From: Bugula neritina
Lineage: Eukaryota; Animalia; Bryozoa
Assembly (NCBI GenBank): GCA_964035545.1
Contig: OZ037768.1
Coordinates: 1,642,541-1,706,540 of the forward strand
Direction: 5' to 3'
DNA: 64,000 nt
Of the stretch, positions 23,801-38,800 are shown piece by piece (the stretch's first letter is position 1; each line of letters begins with the position of its first letter). A program made the translations under genes and the position numbers. The notes beneath the pieces were generated by a model. That model was not told the DNA's origin and did not search any database. It worked only from the letters and a program-made list of their open reading frames with translations.

Positions 23801-26800
23801 GATGATTAAGTTGGTTTGCTCTGAACAAAACTATGTACAGTTTCTTGAATTAGAGAAGAACAAAAAAGCCTAGGCCTTGCAGAAACCTCACCGATTAGCG
23901 TTATTTCAATTATTTAGTATTATTTGCCGAGGGCAGTAGTGTGAAAAGTTTAAGTGTTTCGATATCTTGTAGTTTCTTAATGGGTTTGTTTTCTTAGTGA
24001 GGTAACTTTTCATTTTATCTTTTATCCTTCTGCGTAACTCATTCCACAGGCATTAGAGTTGTCTACCTCCAGTGTGTAACCGAATCCAGCCAACTAGCTG
24101 CACTGAATTTATAATGAAATTAAGTTGTGATATTCTCACCTCAACTGCAACCTTCTTCCTCAATAATGAGTCATAACTGTCAGTTCTTCCATTATGAGTC
24201 ATCAGGTGTCAGATTGAAAATAGTATTGGTGCCAAGTAAATCATCACTTTCAATTTGACTCTTGAGTGACAGTCCATTTGAAGTTAACTACATATTATTT
24301 AACATTTTGGTTGAAGTGTGACTTAGTTAGGATTTAGTTTGTACTGCTCATTGCATTCACTCTACTTCAATGTACACAAACAATTAATGCTTATTGAAAT
24401 TAGCATTGTGCAACTATTTAAACAAACATTTTTGTGAAAATATGGGTTAATTGGTTGTTATTTAAACAAAAACGTAAACACCTCTGTACAAAAGTCTAAA
24501 ATAATTGCAACTAAATTGTAGGATATGTTTCCAAATCTTGGCTTGAAGTCTTCTTCTTTTGCAAGGGTTATACTGTTATTTGAAAATGCTCCCATTTTAA
24601 AGCTATTATTGTTACTCTGCGGAATATTTTTATTGCATCGTAATCTTCCTGTATGCAAAGTGCCAACAAAACAAAAACATGCCAGGGTATACAGGATTAT
24701 TAAGGATAGCTCCACTGTTACATCAAGTAGCCGCAGTGCAGATTGTGTAATACTGACATCCTGTTTTAATGGTGATACGCTATGTTAGTAAAGTAAATCT
24801 GAAAGCATAGTATTTGTTTGTCTACCGTAGTTATCTCTCTTCAATATATATGAACTGCAGGTAGAATGTTGGAAATGTCTGTTTTAAAGTAAAACTTGAG
24901 ATTGTTAGGACAAGTGCAAACTTGTGGATATTAATAATATTGTTATGTTAGCAATTTTACTAAACTTGGTGGAGTATAATGGCTTTTTGATTTATGTATC
25001 TTTTCTTGCATGTTTAGAGGTTTTAGCCCAAAGCAAACAGTGGCAGTCTCTATGATAACACGCCTCTGGAGCCAGGTGTATAATCATTATTTTTGCCAGT
25101 TTTTTCTGTAGCTATTTTCACAGGACACTAGAGTTACTACCACATGTCATCTAGGCTGTGATTGGTTAGTTTGGTGAATTCCACCTTAAGGATCATTATT
25201 CATATTACCTTGAATTTAGTTCATTATCATTAATGTTGTCAGTGATTGTCATAGCCGCATGCCTACCAATATTCCTCTGGCATAACTCGATTGAGCTTCA
25301 TCTGCAATGCATGCTTTGACAAGAGTTGGTTGCTTCTGATAGTCAGCATCAAGTAGCAGAGCTAGAGAGCTAATGACCTGTAGATTAAGTCACCACAGTA
25401 CTAGCTGACTTTAGGTGATGTCGGTGTTGCATCAGCGGTCAGCTACTGCTGCTGCTAGTGGACGTAATCATTCAACCACTGCTTTCTCTGCTTATTCTAA
25501 ATCTAAGACTGCCGCGAAGTATACTACTAACAACAATAATAACACTATAGAGTTTGTGACCGCAAATGGGCCTTCTCACGTAGAGGCAACACGACAGTTG
25601 ACTAACGGATCTTTGACGGTAAGCTGTGGCTTTACAAGAATGTACCTCTTATAAAAGACCAAAAACCTACCTAATTACCTTTTTTGGCTTCCTTTGGACC
25701 TCTGATTGTTTAAAGCAGTTGGTTTTTTAAGAATCTTTGCCTGGCATCTTCTACGATCAATTCCAAGACCGTAGTTTCTTGTCTAAAAGAGAAGCTTATT
25801 TATGCCAGGCCTGCATGCAAAGTAGCGGTAATACTAATGGTTTGAGTAATCTTTCCGGCTTTAAAAATAATTTCTTTGAAGTAAGAATTGCCACTCCATG
25901 TTACCATAAGTGGGTCTTGCTTTATGAATGAATGTTTGATAGTGGTTATATGATTAGTAGCATTACATGCAGCTCCATACATGCTGCAATCGTTTGTAAA
26001 GTGCTGTGCTGTTATGGAGTAGAATAAATCCCAGAGAGAGAATTAGTTAATCTAATTAGGCAGTGTTGGTGCGAGCTTCAACTTTACACCAGCTGGTCAG
26101 CTAAAGGCCAAGGTCAACCTAAGTAACAGGAAGTTGAATAGTTTAACTTCCTTTCTACTTGACTTAAACCAATGCAACTTGAAAACTGTAAATCGGGCAA
26201 TATGTCAACAAATTGAAATACAATAGAATGAAGTTAGTGGAAGTTTTTTGAAAAATGTCCTGTGACATGAAAAGGTTCAATGTGGAAGCGGATTGGCAGT
26301 AAACATAGAATTGCCAGGTCACTAAGCAGATACTACTGTATCATAGTTAGTACATATAATAAATGATAGCAGTTTTATATAAGTATATTTAATATATAAA
26401 TGTACTTATTGTAATAGCTCATTAGGTAAATTCTTTTTCTTACACTCTGACCTCTCCAGGCTATTAGGTATACTAATAGCATTCCATTCTCCCCTTAACT
26501 CATAACACATCTTAAATGGCACAACTTTGAGTACAGTCTTTAGGACTAATGGGATTGGTAGAGTTAGAGTACTGGTTTCAGATAGAGTGTGCACTGTGAC
26601 CATCTACTACAGTAGATGGTCTTCAACAGATTTCAATCTTGTTGCATTTTTACTAAATGGAGTATGGCCTACATTCTGAAGGTGTCATAAGCTCTTGACT
26701 GGTTTTGACACTCCTTGCAGGTGCTGGTTGAAACACCAGGTGCTTGTCTTCCGGCAATGATTTTACCCATCACGTGATCTCATTACGTTATTACATAACT

Positions 26801-29800
26801 GTACTCTGCTGACTGCAGCAGCTAGTCAGTATCATTAAGTTTCCAAACTTCGAATTGTGTGAATCGATTTTTCATTTGATGTTTGGAAACAGTTGCATCA
26901 AAGTTTTTGCATTCCTAGAGATTGTTTGTTTAGATGCTATGCTGTAGACCATCTTTTGACTAGACATTTAATCTTCATTGTCAAGTGATGAAGTTGAATT
27001 ATAGCTGCAGAAGATTAATTACTTTCTTCTTTTAGGAGGCAGATTACAGTATGTTTTACGGGAAGATGAAGTTTCGATCCAACAGCATGACTGTGAGTGT
27101 TTACCTCAAATTCTATGATATCATTTCTATGGTATAAATGTCAAGCCAATAATTAACTTGAACTAGTGAACTTTTTCGTTAAGAATATGAAAGTAGTATT
27201 TTAAAATATAAGATAAGATAAATAAGCTAACAAGCTACATTTCAACAGCCAATCATCTTGCTTAGACTTTTTTCAAACAAAAGTACAGACTGAAAAATTG
27301 AGAATTATAGAGAATTTAACAATTTCTTTTTTTTGGCAGATTCTTCTAGTATTTGGTAAAGAAGATGCTCAGTGCGAGGCATTCAGAAAAGCTGCTGATA
27401 AGGGCAATTACCAGACCACCCTCACCAAAACCCCTGAATCTGCAATAGAATCTTTTGCAGAGAATCAGCAAGATCTAGTCATTATTGATTGTAGACATTC
27501 CAAACACTTTGATGCCGTAAAGCTGTGCAAGTAAGTTCAATCTCCTTCTACCATGGGATGCGCTTTAACTGCATATTATTTGCATATTCAGTAAATTTAA
27601 GACAAGATAACAATGCTTAAATAGGAAAGAAAGCAGGAAACGTGGTGCATAATTCCAGCTGGTGTATTTACATATTTGGTTACAGGACCCTGAAGGAAAG
27701 ACACCCTAGGGGACATTCAAGGTTTCTAGCTCTTACCAACAAGTGGTGGGTGCACCTAGTTATAACTTTTACCTTTTCTTGTTATGTAACACTGACTACT
27801 ACAGTAGCTCCCATTGAATTATAACTATAACTATTATAGTTTCAGTTCAGTGGTAGCTATAATGATTGTACAATATATTTTTTTAAGTTAAAGCTAAAAT
27901 CTAATTTCCCTTTTTGCTACTGAAAACACATTCTGCCACTATGCTAGACCAAAGGTCATTTAGTTTAAAGTTGAATACAAATGCTGAATAAACTTCGCTA
28001 ACTGGGGGACAAACTTCAAGTGTAATGTTTGAGTAACTTCTTTTCAAAGAATATTTTTCACTTAATCTGAAAGTGGAGCAGCCCGGTAATGGTTGCCATT
28101 TCGATGCAGAGTTGTAGAAAAGGAATTAGAATTTTTACTGACGTAAATGTTATGTGTGTGTGGCTTTGAAGAGATGGGAACTCTTTTGACCTGTGTGTCT
28201 GAGCATAATTAATGCCCCTGATTAGTGGGAATCTGAGAGTTCACTTTCAATCATGTCACCTAAAAGCATGCTCCCATCACCAAATTGTCACCACCAAAGG
28301 GATCAGTGATGTATGATGAAAGGCAGTTGGTAGTGCAGTATTTACCCCTAGCCAAAGTCATTAAAATTTTAGTGCAATGTTATGGTGGTCAGTAGAATTT
28401 TCTCTCTAAAAATCCTGTTCTTCTGAGAAAATTTCCCAGGTTAGATTTTAAGTGCATTATGATTCAGAGTGTCCGTTGCTCTCTCTCACTCAGAAATCTA
28501 GGGGATGCTATCAAACTGTGGCACCATTAAAACATTTCCATGTTTATCAGCTCATTGAATATTTTATATTCTAGGAAATGGAAGAAAGTTTGTTTCCATT
28601 TATTTTCAGGCATTTGAGGGCTGTATAGCTCCATAATATTTAAATACAATACATTTTTAAGCTTTTCTATAGCTTTTTGTATTTAGTAGTATCAAATAAC
28701 TGTATGTCATTTCTTACAGCGACAAAGACGAGCCTTCAGTACTTCCCCTTCTCAACGCTGGATTCAGCAGGGTAAGTTGACATCCTATAAGCAACTCAGT
28801 AATTTCTTCTTTAAGTTATAAAAAAGACTCGCACAAGTTTGTAATGGCTATCCCTGTGAGAAACCCTGATGGAAAGGGTTTTTTAAAGCAGGCTAAGGAT
28901 TTTTTCATATGTGACACAGGAGCAATTTATAACCATTTCTGTTTACTAGGCTAGCACTCTAACCACTACTCCACCGCTCTTCCCTAATTTCTTCTTCTTT
29001 AAAATTGAATTTCCTCTTTAAATCATGCCTTTCTAAAATTTCATCTATAGCCATTCTTAGAATTTTTTTAGAATCAAAAACACTGATTGTTGTTGAGCTT
29101 CTCAAACTTCACACTTTGATTTTTAAACTCCCAAACTCAGAAACTTGGATTTGTTTCATTCATCAAAAGAAATAGAGCAGCCGGACTTGATGGGTGTTAC
29201 AGAGCAAAAAGTAACTGGTAATGATTGGCTGAAAACTCTCCAAACTTGAGTACTGATTGGAGCCCAGCAGCTGTTACTAATCTAGAGATCATAAGCTGAT
29301 AATCTGATATATAATAAATATAATAACCTTTAATCTATATGAGAATCTCCCAATATCAATCTATTTGGACGGCTAAAGGAAAATTTAAAAGAGAATTAAT
29401 TTTCATGTGTACTAATGTATTGATGGGCACCACCACCCAAGAGGTTAAATGTGACTAATTCCATCAATAAATGATTACACATTGCTTCATTTGATCTTAA
29501 AACCACTTCCATTTAACTCTTTTATTATAAATATACTCATCACATTTAGCAGTCACAGTTTATTATAATATCATTTGGGCAAACTTGGAAAACTCAATAA
29601 CACCAAAGCTTAAAAAATTAGTTTAGAACTACATTTAAAAATGAAATCAATTCTTGAACTCCTTTAGGAAAGCTATTGCCAATTGTTTTCCGTATTCCTG
29701 ATCAAGCTGGCAGAAGTTTGCCAGCAAACTAACGCAAATATTGTATTCATTTTGCTTCCTAAATCAAATGCCCACTCTCCTCCTACAAAAGCTTCCATTG

Positions 29801-32800
29801 CTAAAAATAATCTAATTTACTTAACATGTTAGTTTTCTCTTAAAACTATGGCCAACTGCCCTGCAAAGTTGCATAACATTCTATTATTTATTGCCCTGAG
29901 AAGACCCAGTATTACGGCTTCAAATCTAGAAATTTTGTAAACTTGGTACTTGCAGTTTACTGCAAGGCTTGTTAAGCTCACTTTTTCATGGAAAAATTCC
30001 AAAATCAACCCAGTTTGCAGTTTTTATATCACCAACTATAATGCGGATGTTTAGGGATGAAATATGCAAAAACTAGTATTTGCATTTCACCACTTTCAAA
30101 CATCAACTCAGGATGTAGGACTCCTTGTTATTTCTGCTAGCCTTCCTTTTCACCCAGCCTGTCTCCATGCAGGCTTACTAAAGAAACACTGTGATGTGTT
30201 TTTGTGGGCATACAGCTGTTTTTTCATTCTTTTTAGTTGCTTTGTTATACAATATTATATATGGCATTTTTTCATTCAGAGATTGGTGGAGAACACAAAT
30301 ATTACATCATGTTACAACGAGCTGCTGAGCGTAGATCACTCTGAGCTGGAGTACCGGAGTCATCAACAAGTACAGACCTCTGCTGCCATGTTCCATGCCC
30401 TCAACCATGTGTCCGAGTCCATAGAAATCATGGATTCCAAGTTTAGAACAGAGGTAAACCTCAAATATCAGGAAACATTACTCTAATATATATAATAGCT
30501 ACAATAAAATCATGTGAATGTGGAAATATACAGTATTACAATATATACATATATGTACAAAGGTATTCAATCTGTTGCTAATGTGGCTTTTATCAAATGA
30601 ATAGATCTTGTGAACTACTTTCTTGAAGATTAAAATGCTTAAAAAACATTTTATACTCAAAATCTAAGTTAGAGTAAAGTTAAACTGAACGGATCTGTGC
30701 CCAGTCAGCTGTTCAGGACCTGAAACAATTTATAATTTGATTACTTTCACTTATTTTACCATCTAATCAAACTAAAATGTATAGTATGCATATTGGAAAG
30801 GGTTAATGAGTCTACAATACATTTATGTTACATAAATAATTTATTTTCAATGAATAGCAAAAAATAATATCTCTTTTATGTCTCCGGTATTGGTGTCCTA
30901 ATACGGAGTTACAGCTTAATTATCAGTGGATTATGCAAATATTTTATATTACGGATAATATGCGTTTAAATTATAAATAATATTGATTAATGTATTATTA
31001 TAATTTATTAGCTAGATCTCTTGGAGGTTATGTAATGTATGAGGTGTTATTTTCACTTTTTGCTTCAATATTTTTTATTTCATTACATGCCTATCGTGTT
31101 GTGATATTATGACATTGTTAGGTCACTTGGAGTTTAATTAACCAAATTACCCATTAGTTGAGATTATAGGGTTTAGAATCAGAGTCCCAGTGCAAACAAA
31201 TATTTCGCTCAAGTAGCAAGTTGAGCCAGATCCTGAACGCTTGACAAAATATTATTTGAATAAAAATTAAATTGATCAAACTTGCAAAGGCGTAAGTTTT
31301 TGTGACAAATTTCGTAGATAATTTTATTTATTATACAGCTAATAGCTATTTGCTATGAAATTACTTGTTACGCCTGTTTGTAGCTTCTAGCAGTTACCAG
31401 TATAGCAAAACTTGATAACTTTTGCTCATGTTTTTAGCTAAATGTATTTCTCTTATATTGTTGCATATTTGTGATATACTACTTTATATTACTGTACACT
31501 ATTACTATATTACAACATTATAATGATATATTACTGTTAGTGAATATTTCTATATAGTATATAGAATATTTTATTCCTCATAATTTAGTAACATATTAAA
31601 TCATTCCCTACACACCTTTTTATTAAGATTACAAGCTATAAGGTGAACTCTATAAATATAATATAACATTATATTATATAGAATAACAATGTTTCATATT
31701 GCACTCTACAGTATAACATCTACATGTTATAATCTGTTATATTTTCTGTCTACTCATTGACTTACATGGCATTGCATCATGCAGTTTGTGAACCGCCTCT
31801 GGGAAAAACAAACAGGATATAGTTCAAAGGAAGTGGTAGGGACGGAGTTTCAAGACATGCTGCAAGTAGATAACTGCAACGAAGAGCAAACACTAGTCTA
31901 TCATGCCAAGAAAAATCAGGTAAAATATTGAAATTGAAAATGTGCCATTTTACTTACTTTTCCATTTGTGCCATTTTTACCTGTGCCATTATTTATTACC
32001 TGTGCCATTTTTACCTGTGCCATTATTTATTACCTGTGCCATTTTTACCGGACATCCTATAGCCATTTCCGATTATTGAAGACAGTAGTAGAAAAATGTA
32101 TATAGCCCAAGTTATCTCATTGCCTTTATAAGTTTTGGTTTGGGGCCGTTATTGAGTTGTCTATAGCTAAAGCAAGTTGTTTTTAGAAAATTAGCTCTTG
32201 TGAAGAAAATGTATGATCTTGTGTTATGATTGTGGGAGTTGAGACAGTTGAGAACATTTAAGCTAAAACTAAAACCCAAAAGAACGACCAAGTGAATAAC
32301 TAGAATTTTCAACCGTTTTCAGTTCTTACACATAATTTTACAACAAATTTCAGTTGAATTCTTATTTGGTTCTCTACAACTTAAAATAAAAAATATGGAG
32401 TTACTAGATTTTGATTATTATTAGTAATACTTGTGAGTAGAATTTCAGTGCTGCTTTAGAAAGTATACTGAAATATACTACAAACAAGTATATGGCGCCA
32501 AGTCATTAAATGCTCTATATTTCACTTTTCATTATATTATGTCTTAGATGTCAAGTTTCAATTTATGAATTTAAAAGAAATATTTTCAGCCAAGAATTAA
32601 GTATACATTCTATATAAAATGGCTGTATTTACACACTGCTACAGTCTGTGTAGGGAGACGATTCCGTAGGTTTCTCTATAACTAAACTTCAATACATGTG
32701 TTTAGATCTTTAAAGATTTAGGAATATTATGGTTTATGTTGGTAGCATCATAAAATATGTTTAATATTTAGATTTGGGAAGGTCAACAATCAATAAGAAG

Positions 32801-35800
32801 AAAGAATGGAGATATAATACGATGCAAATGCAGAATAATACCCATGATGTCAAACTCTAAGTGAGTATAGGCATGCTATAATACGGTAGAAGTGTAGAGT
32901 AATACATAAGTAAGCATTATAGTTACCACATATAAAGTAACAGCGGCGTAGACTAGCTAACATTTTAGGCAATGTTAATGCATTTTACTTAGCATTGTTT
33001 TTAAACTTTACGTTCCAAAAAGTCCAATTCTTGTATCTGAATGGTGCGGGCAAATCTGTTCTGTAGCAATGATCATTTAATAAAGCATTGTAAAGGGATC
33101 AAAACGTAGCACTAGTGACTATAATTCATATTATGTAAAAAATATGTTGAATAATTCTATTTCTTGGAAAAATTTTCGGCTTCACAGGATTTCTATGCCA
33201 ACTTTTCCGAGACAAACTTTTGATAAATTATGCAACGCTCCTAATAATACTAAACTGTCAACTTCCTCTCTATTTAAGGTCACTTTAGGGTCACCGGGCC
33301 CTTTACAAAAATGCCAGGTGCAGCTACAAAAATCCCCGGCAAATTATTTCAAGTCAAAAATTTATATTAAGTTATATTTTTTATATACAGTAAAATAAAC
33401 TATATAAATCAATTAAGTATGCATATATTTCAAATAACTTTTTTAAAACTCATCTATACTTTTGATTGTAAAATACAATTGTATGATAACTGTAGATGAT
33501 CTAATCAAATTGATTTATTATAGCACTGCGTCCAGATACATCTTAGTCAGGCAAACTGTTGATGGGTATTCACAGTGGGACAGACTTAAAGATATCGACT
33601 CTAAAACTCATGGTAAGCATCAACATTGCTGTTTCATTGGCTTACAAAGTGAAACATAGAATTCTATTGGCTTACAAAGTAACACAATTCTATTGGCATA
33701 CAAAGTAACACAAAATTTTATTGGCCTACAAAGTAACATATAATTCTATTGGCTTACAAAACAACATACAATTCTATTGGCTTACAAAGTAACATACAAT
33801 TCTATTGGCTTGCAGATAAAATTGTTCGATCTCAAATCAGACGAGATTCATACTTTTCCTTAACTAGTTCTGAAGGTAAAATTATGTGTTTATGTGAACA
33901 CCACTGAGCTAACCCCCCTCTCGCTTTAACACCTGCTTTAAATATAGTAATTTAGAGTTAGTTTATATAATATAGTAATATATAGTTAGTTTATATAATA
34001 TAGTACTATATAGTTAGATTATATAGAGTCATACAATGTCAGTATATATATTGAGTTCTACAGTTATTTTATGTATACTTAGGATATACACTAAGCCAGT
34101 GATATACCACAATATGACATATAACATATCTAACAATATTTAGACTACCTATTAGGGTGAACCTGTATCTAAACAGTAGCACATCCTACTAGCATCTATT
34201 CTGTAAGTTCAGTATATATAATATTAGCATTCTCACAATTCTATCATGGAGCTATGCAATTTTGGGGCCTTATTTGCCCCTCCCCTTGTGCTATTGAGAG
34301 TCAGAATTTGGGTTATCAATTTATCAGACTGAGCAGTCTTGTATCATAGATATATCATTTCCTTTTAGCCTCACTGCAAAGTCTCCAAAAATATGGTAAA
34401 TGTGCTTGAATTCACAGAATAGTAAATCATACATTTTCTCACCAGCGTTGATTGTGTTGTCTCTTTTACTTTCCCTGATGTACTGATGTTGTCAGTGTGA
34501 ATTTTTTTTCCTATTAAACTATTACATATTTTGATTTAGAGAAAATAGGCTAAATGAATATATTGAGTGGAATACTGGCATTTTATAATATATGTACATC
34601 AAAGTAGATGAGATAAACAACTAATACATTGTCAAGTTCATATTGTGGATTAAAGTATTATCCAATTAGAGTTGTCCAATTGCAGTTTAACCAATTATTT
34701 AATTCTTTATTTTGAAGATGAAGAAAATAAGACATATTTTAAATAATACAATTATCATATAAAGACTATTCTTATTTCTACTGTGAAACTAGGTGCTGCA
34801 GAAAGAAGGCTTATTGTAATTATCTACATGCTAGTGTAGATGAATGTACAATACTTTACAATATTTACCAAAATATATTTTTATATTATCTCGGTTAAGG
34901 TTAAAACATTTGTTTTATATCATTTAAACTTACTAAAATAACTTATCAAGACATTTTATTCTTTACATGCAAAGAAATTAGAATTATTGTTGAATCTTTA
35001 AAAATTTAATTGTAGTAATTTAAATTATAACAACTAAAGCTACTTATGACCTTATGACCTTATGTTACAGACTCATAAAAATACCATCAGCATACTATTA
35101 GTTTATGACTGTGCTTTTTCAATTTTGAATGTTTCAACTTCCGGTATGGGTATTCTTCTTTCTCTAAGACAAGGATGTGCAGCAAATTGATAAAGTTTTC
35201 ATTTAGTAGAAGGAATTGTGTACACTCTGATATCACTAGTGCATGTCATGCAAAACCAACTATCTTTACGTTATAATATTCTCTGTCTCGTGTCACTGAA
35301 AAAGTGTTTCCCGCTGCTCTGATTCTAATATTTTTAAAAACACTCCATTCTTGCCATTATTAAAACTTTGCTTCAAGTCATATCCTTTGTTGAGAAAATA
35401 ATTTTCTAAGGTATGAATATAACATCCATCATGTACGTTTCCTTCTTATCTACAAGTTGCAGAACGTATATTACTCAACAAGTTTGATGGCGCTACACTG
35501 ATTAACAATGTTGATGGTTATCACACATCACTTCTGTTTACCAACTTCTCTCCCACCAACGTATTATTATACTACAAGCAATAGTTAGAAAGCCTATATT
35601 TGTACTTACGAGAATAATAATAATAATAATACGTGGGAAATAAATGAGTTTATGATAGTAGTGTTGTTGGTTACAGCTGTAGTTTGGCAGTTATATAAGT
35701 GGGATTACATTTTTGTTGTTTACAACCATCCATCAGCGCCTCTATTTACTAAGCATAAAGTTCTCTCAATATACCAGATTTACCGTTTTAAAGTGTTAAA

Positions 35801-38800
35801 GAAAGCTCATTCTTTTTTCTACTCTGACAATTTTTTTCCCACTCACTCTATCAATACACGTCAATCATTCATAAATCTCCCCCTTCCTCACTCTCAAACA
35901 GCAGCAGGTCACAGAAGAAACTGTTATCAGGAGGTGGCACTATGGAATGAACTGCCAATCCCTTTACGGTCAATTAGCAACCCTAATGAATTTGGGAGGA
36001 AGTTGAGGCTTTATCTGTTAGAATAGTTGTATTTTTTTTGTATTTTTCTGGATAGAGTCGCTGTCAGCTCGTGTTGGCCCGCGCATGACTAGCTAGGCTA
36101 TAGCGCAATGGGCCTCATCATCGCCTCCTTGGCATTTTCTAATGTCCTTGTGTTATTAAATACCTTTGATGAAATAAACCAAACAAACAAACAAACAAAC
36201 ATTACTAAAGCATACTCTTGTATTACTGGGCCAAACAGTTTAGTTTAAGAGTTGTGTGTTCATGTAAACATAGGGTTTCATCGCAGATAGACGCTTCCCA
36301 GTTGGACGCTATTTATTTATTTTAATACAATATATATTTTACTCGCAATTTATTTGAATATTATTGAAATATATGCATATATTGCATGTATATTTAAATA
36401 AACTTGGTTCAATTGTTTGTTATTTAACACATAAATAAATTCCTGTGATCTGCATTAACTTATTAATTTTGCATATTCTATACTTCCTGTTGTATAAAAA
36501 AATATTTCGTTAGTAAGTGTTCATTAAAAATAATGTCTGTTATTATTGTATCACTTTTTTTGCCCTCATCCAAAAATCCGTGAAAATTGGACTATTATTC
36601 CAGATACTTTATATTAGCTATTATAGCTATTAGCATATTAGCTATTTAGCAATCAATACAACAGTTACATAGGTATATTCATTTTTATGGTACTAAAATA
36701 AAACTTAGAGTCTAAGTGGAAAATTTGGCCTAGCGTCTATCTGGGATGACACTAAACGTAGTTTTAGTCATAATAATAACAGTTAGGAGTAAATCTGTTT
36801 TCATATTGTTGTTTTATTTAATTTTATTTATTTAATTTATTTAATTGACAACAATGACTTGCGAAGTTGATAGGTGACAAAGCCATTGTTCCAATTTTGT
36901 ATTCTTTATAAAAGCAGTTCTTAAACCACTTTTTATCAGTAACTTTAAATAATTTAATATTTCACTAAAATCATTGATAGCAAGTAGCTTTAAACTTATC
37001 GTACGAGCAACAAATTATTTTGAACTCGTTACGTTGTCTAAACAATTGATCTTAAACTACCAGTTTCTATAGTTATATTCTATATACATATATTCTATGT
37101 ATTGTATATATATACTATATATATTCTTCATATATTTTATATATTGTAAAGGGACTAATGGAGTAACATTCTAAATCTCTTTGTAACATATAACTTGCAT
37201 TATTATCGTCTGTAGTTGAGTTTCAATTTCCAATCCTCCAATGTTAACATTTGTGGGACACGATTTTAAAGAACCAATAATAATACTTTATTACACGTAA
37301 TTAAAATTCTTCCACTTACTTTTTAGTGTCTTATGCAGGAATGATGTACCAAAGACGAAAAGACTCCATCACCCGGTTCCACACGATGACCATCGAAACT
37401 CCTCTTAGCAGGGTAAGGGAGTTGTCCAGCAGCGAATTCTTTTTAATTTTGCTACTTTTAGAATTTTCTAGATACGTAAAGCAACTATGTAAGGAAGCAG
37501 CCGTGGTCTAGAGATTAGAGCGTTTAGCTTAGTAACCACAAAGTCATGGGTTCAAACCCCAGTAAAGGCCATTGGTGATGTTAGGAAGAGTATTCAGACA
37601 TAATTGCCCCTGAGTCTCATCTGAATAAGTCCTTTTAAAAAAACCTTTTTCATCTGGGATTTCCACAGGGTCATAGTGACTATAAGATTTCGTGGGTTTT
37701 TAAAGCAACTATGTAGCTAGTTCCTGCAATCATATAAAACACACACAATCCTGGGTACACAAATACTATGTTATGACTCAGCACGTTAACTGATAATCAG
37801 AAGTCTAATTTCTCATGGCTCTGTGGTTTAATGTGAAAACTAAAAATTCAATTACATGCCAACTATTTGTGTCATTTGCTTTGGTCTAGTTTATAAGGCT
37901 GGCACAGTAATAGAGTTGGTTGCCCGTAAATCAATGATCTGTTATGGTTGTGTAACATGTTTCTCTAATTTGAATTAACGACCTTCACCTTGAGTACGCT
38001 TGACAGTAGATTCTCATTAGTTGCTTTGAGTTTAGAGAATTTACTTGTTTATGCCTTAAGAATGTTTCTCCGTGCGGATTTAATCACTTTACTTGGCAAT
38101 AGTTCCTCGGAGAGTCATTAATGATAATTACATGAGATAACTGTAAGTTTACTTACTCTGTAAATGCAGTGCCTCGAGGAGTATACATGTAGGTGTTTAC
38201 AGCATGGATGTGGTAATCCTGATGCTATGAATTAAGGATTAGTGATTGATATGTTCAAAACTGGTATAAATGTTATGTAATGAATTTCTACAGGTTATTA
38301 ATATGCTGTACGAGGCGCAGACTTCATCTGGCACTGGAAACATTGTCCACTCTGCTCTGGAGAAAGTGTTGGATATTCTACAGAGTACGGAGTTGTTCTC
38401 CCCACACATCCATCAGGTGAAGGAGGAAGATCCATTGACCAGTGACTATGTGGACGGACTGTGCGATGTGAGTAGACAATTTCCATTCTTTGTTTAGTTT
38501 AAGCATACCGAAAGACTTCAATCCATTTTGATACATAAAATATAAGCAATGATGCCAAAGATTAGCCAATAAATTATTGTCATATTTTCAAGGAATTTTA
38601 TTATATTTCCACATGCCTCTAGTATATCTGTCGATTGATGTACAATGAGTGTGGTATACCTACAGTAAGGTGTGCTGGTTTCACAATAATTATATTCACA
38701 CTACTAGCTAAGAGAAAGTCACTTGTTATTTCACCGTGATAAGGGATTGCATAGCCTTGTACGGATAGTGTGATAGAAACACACTCTCTATGTCAACATA

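Noticed and set aside
37493-37566. tRNA-like sequence with A and B boxes
   Set aside because: No convincing cloverleaf. It continues into a body shared with the second copy at 28841-28983, so it is a SINE head, not a tRNA gene.
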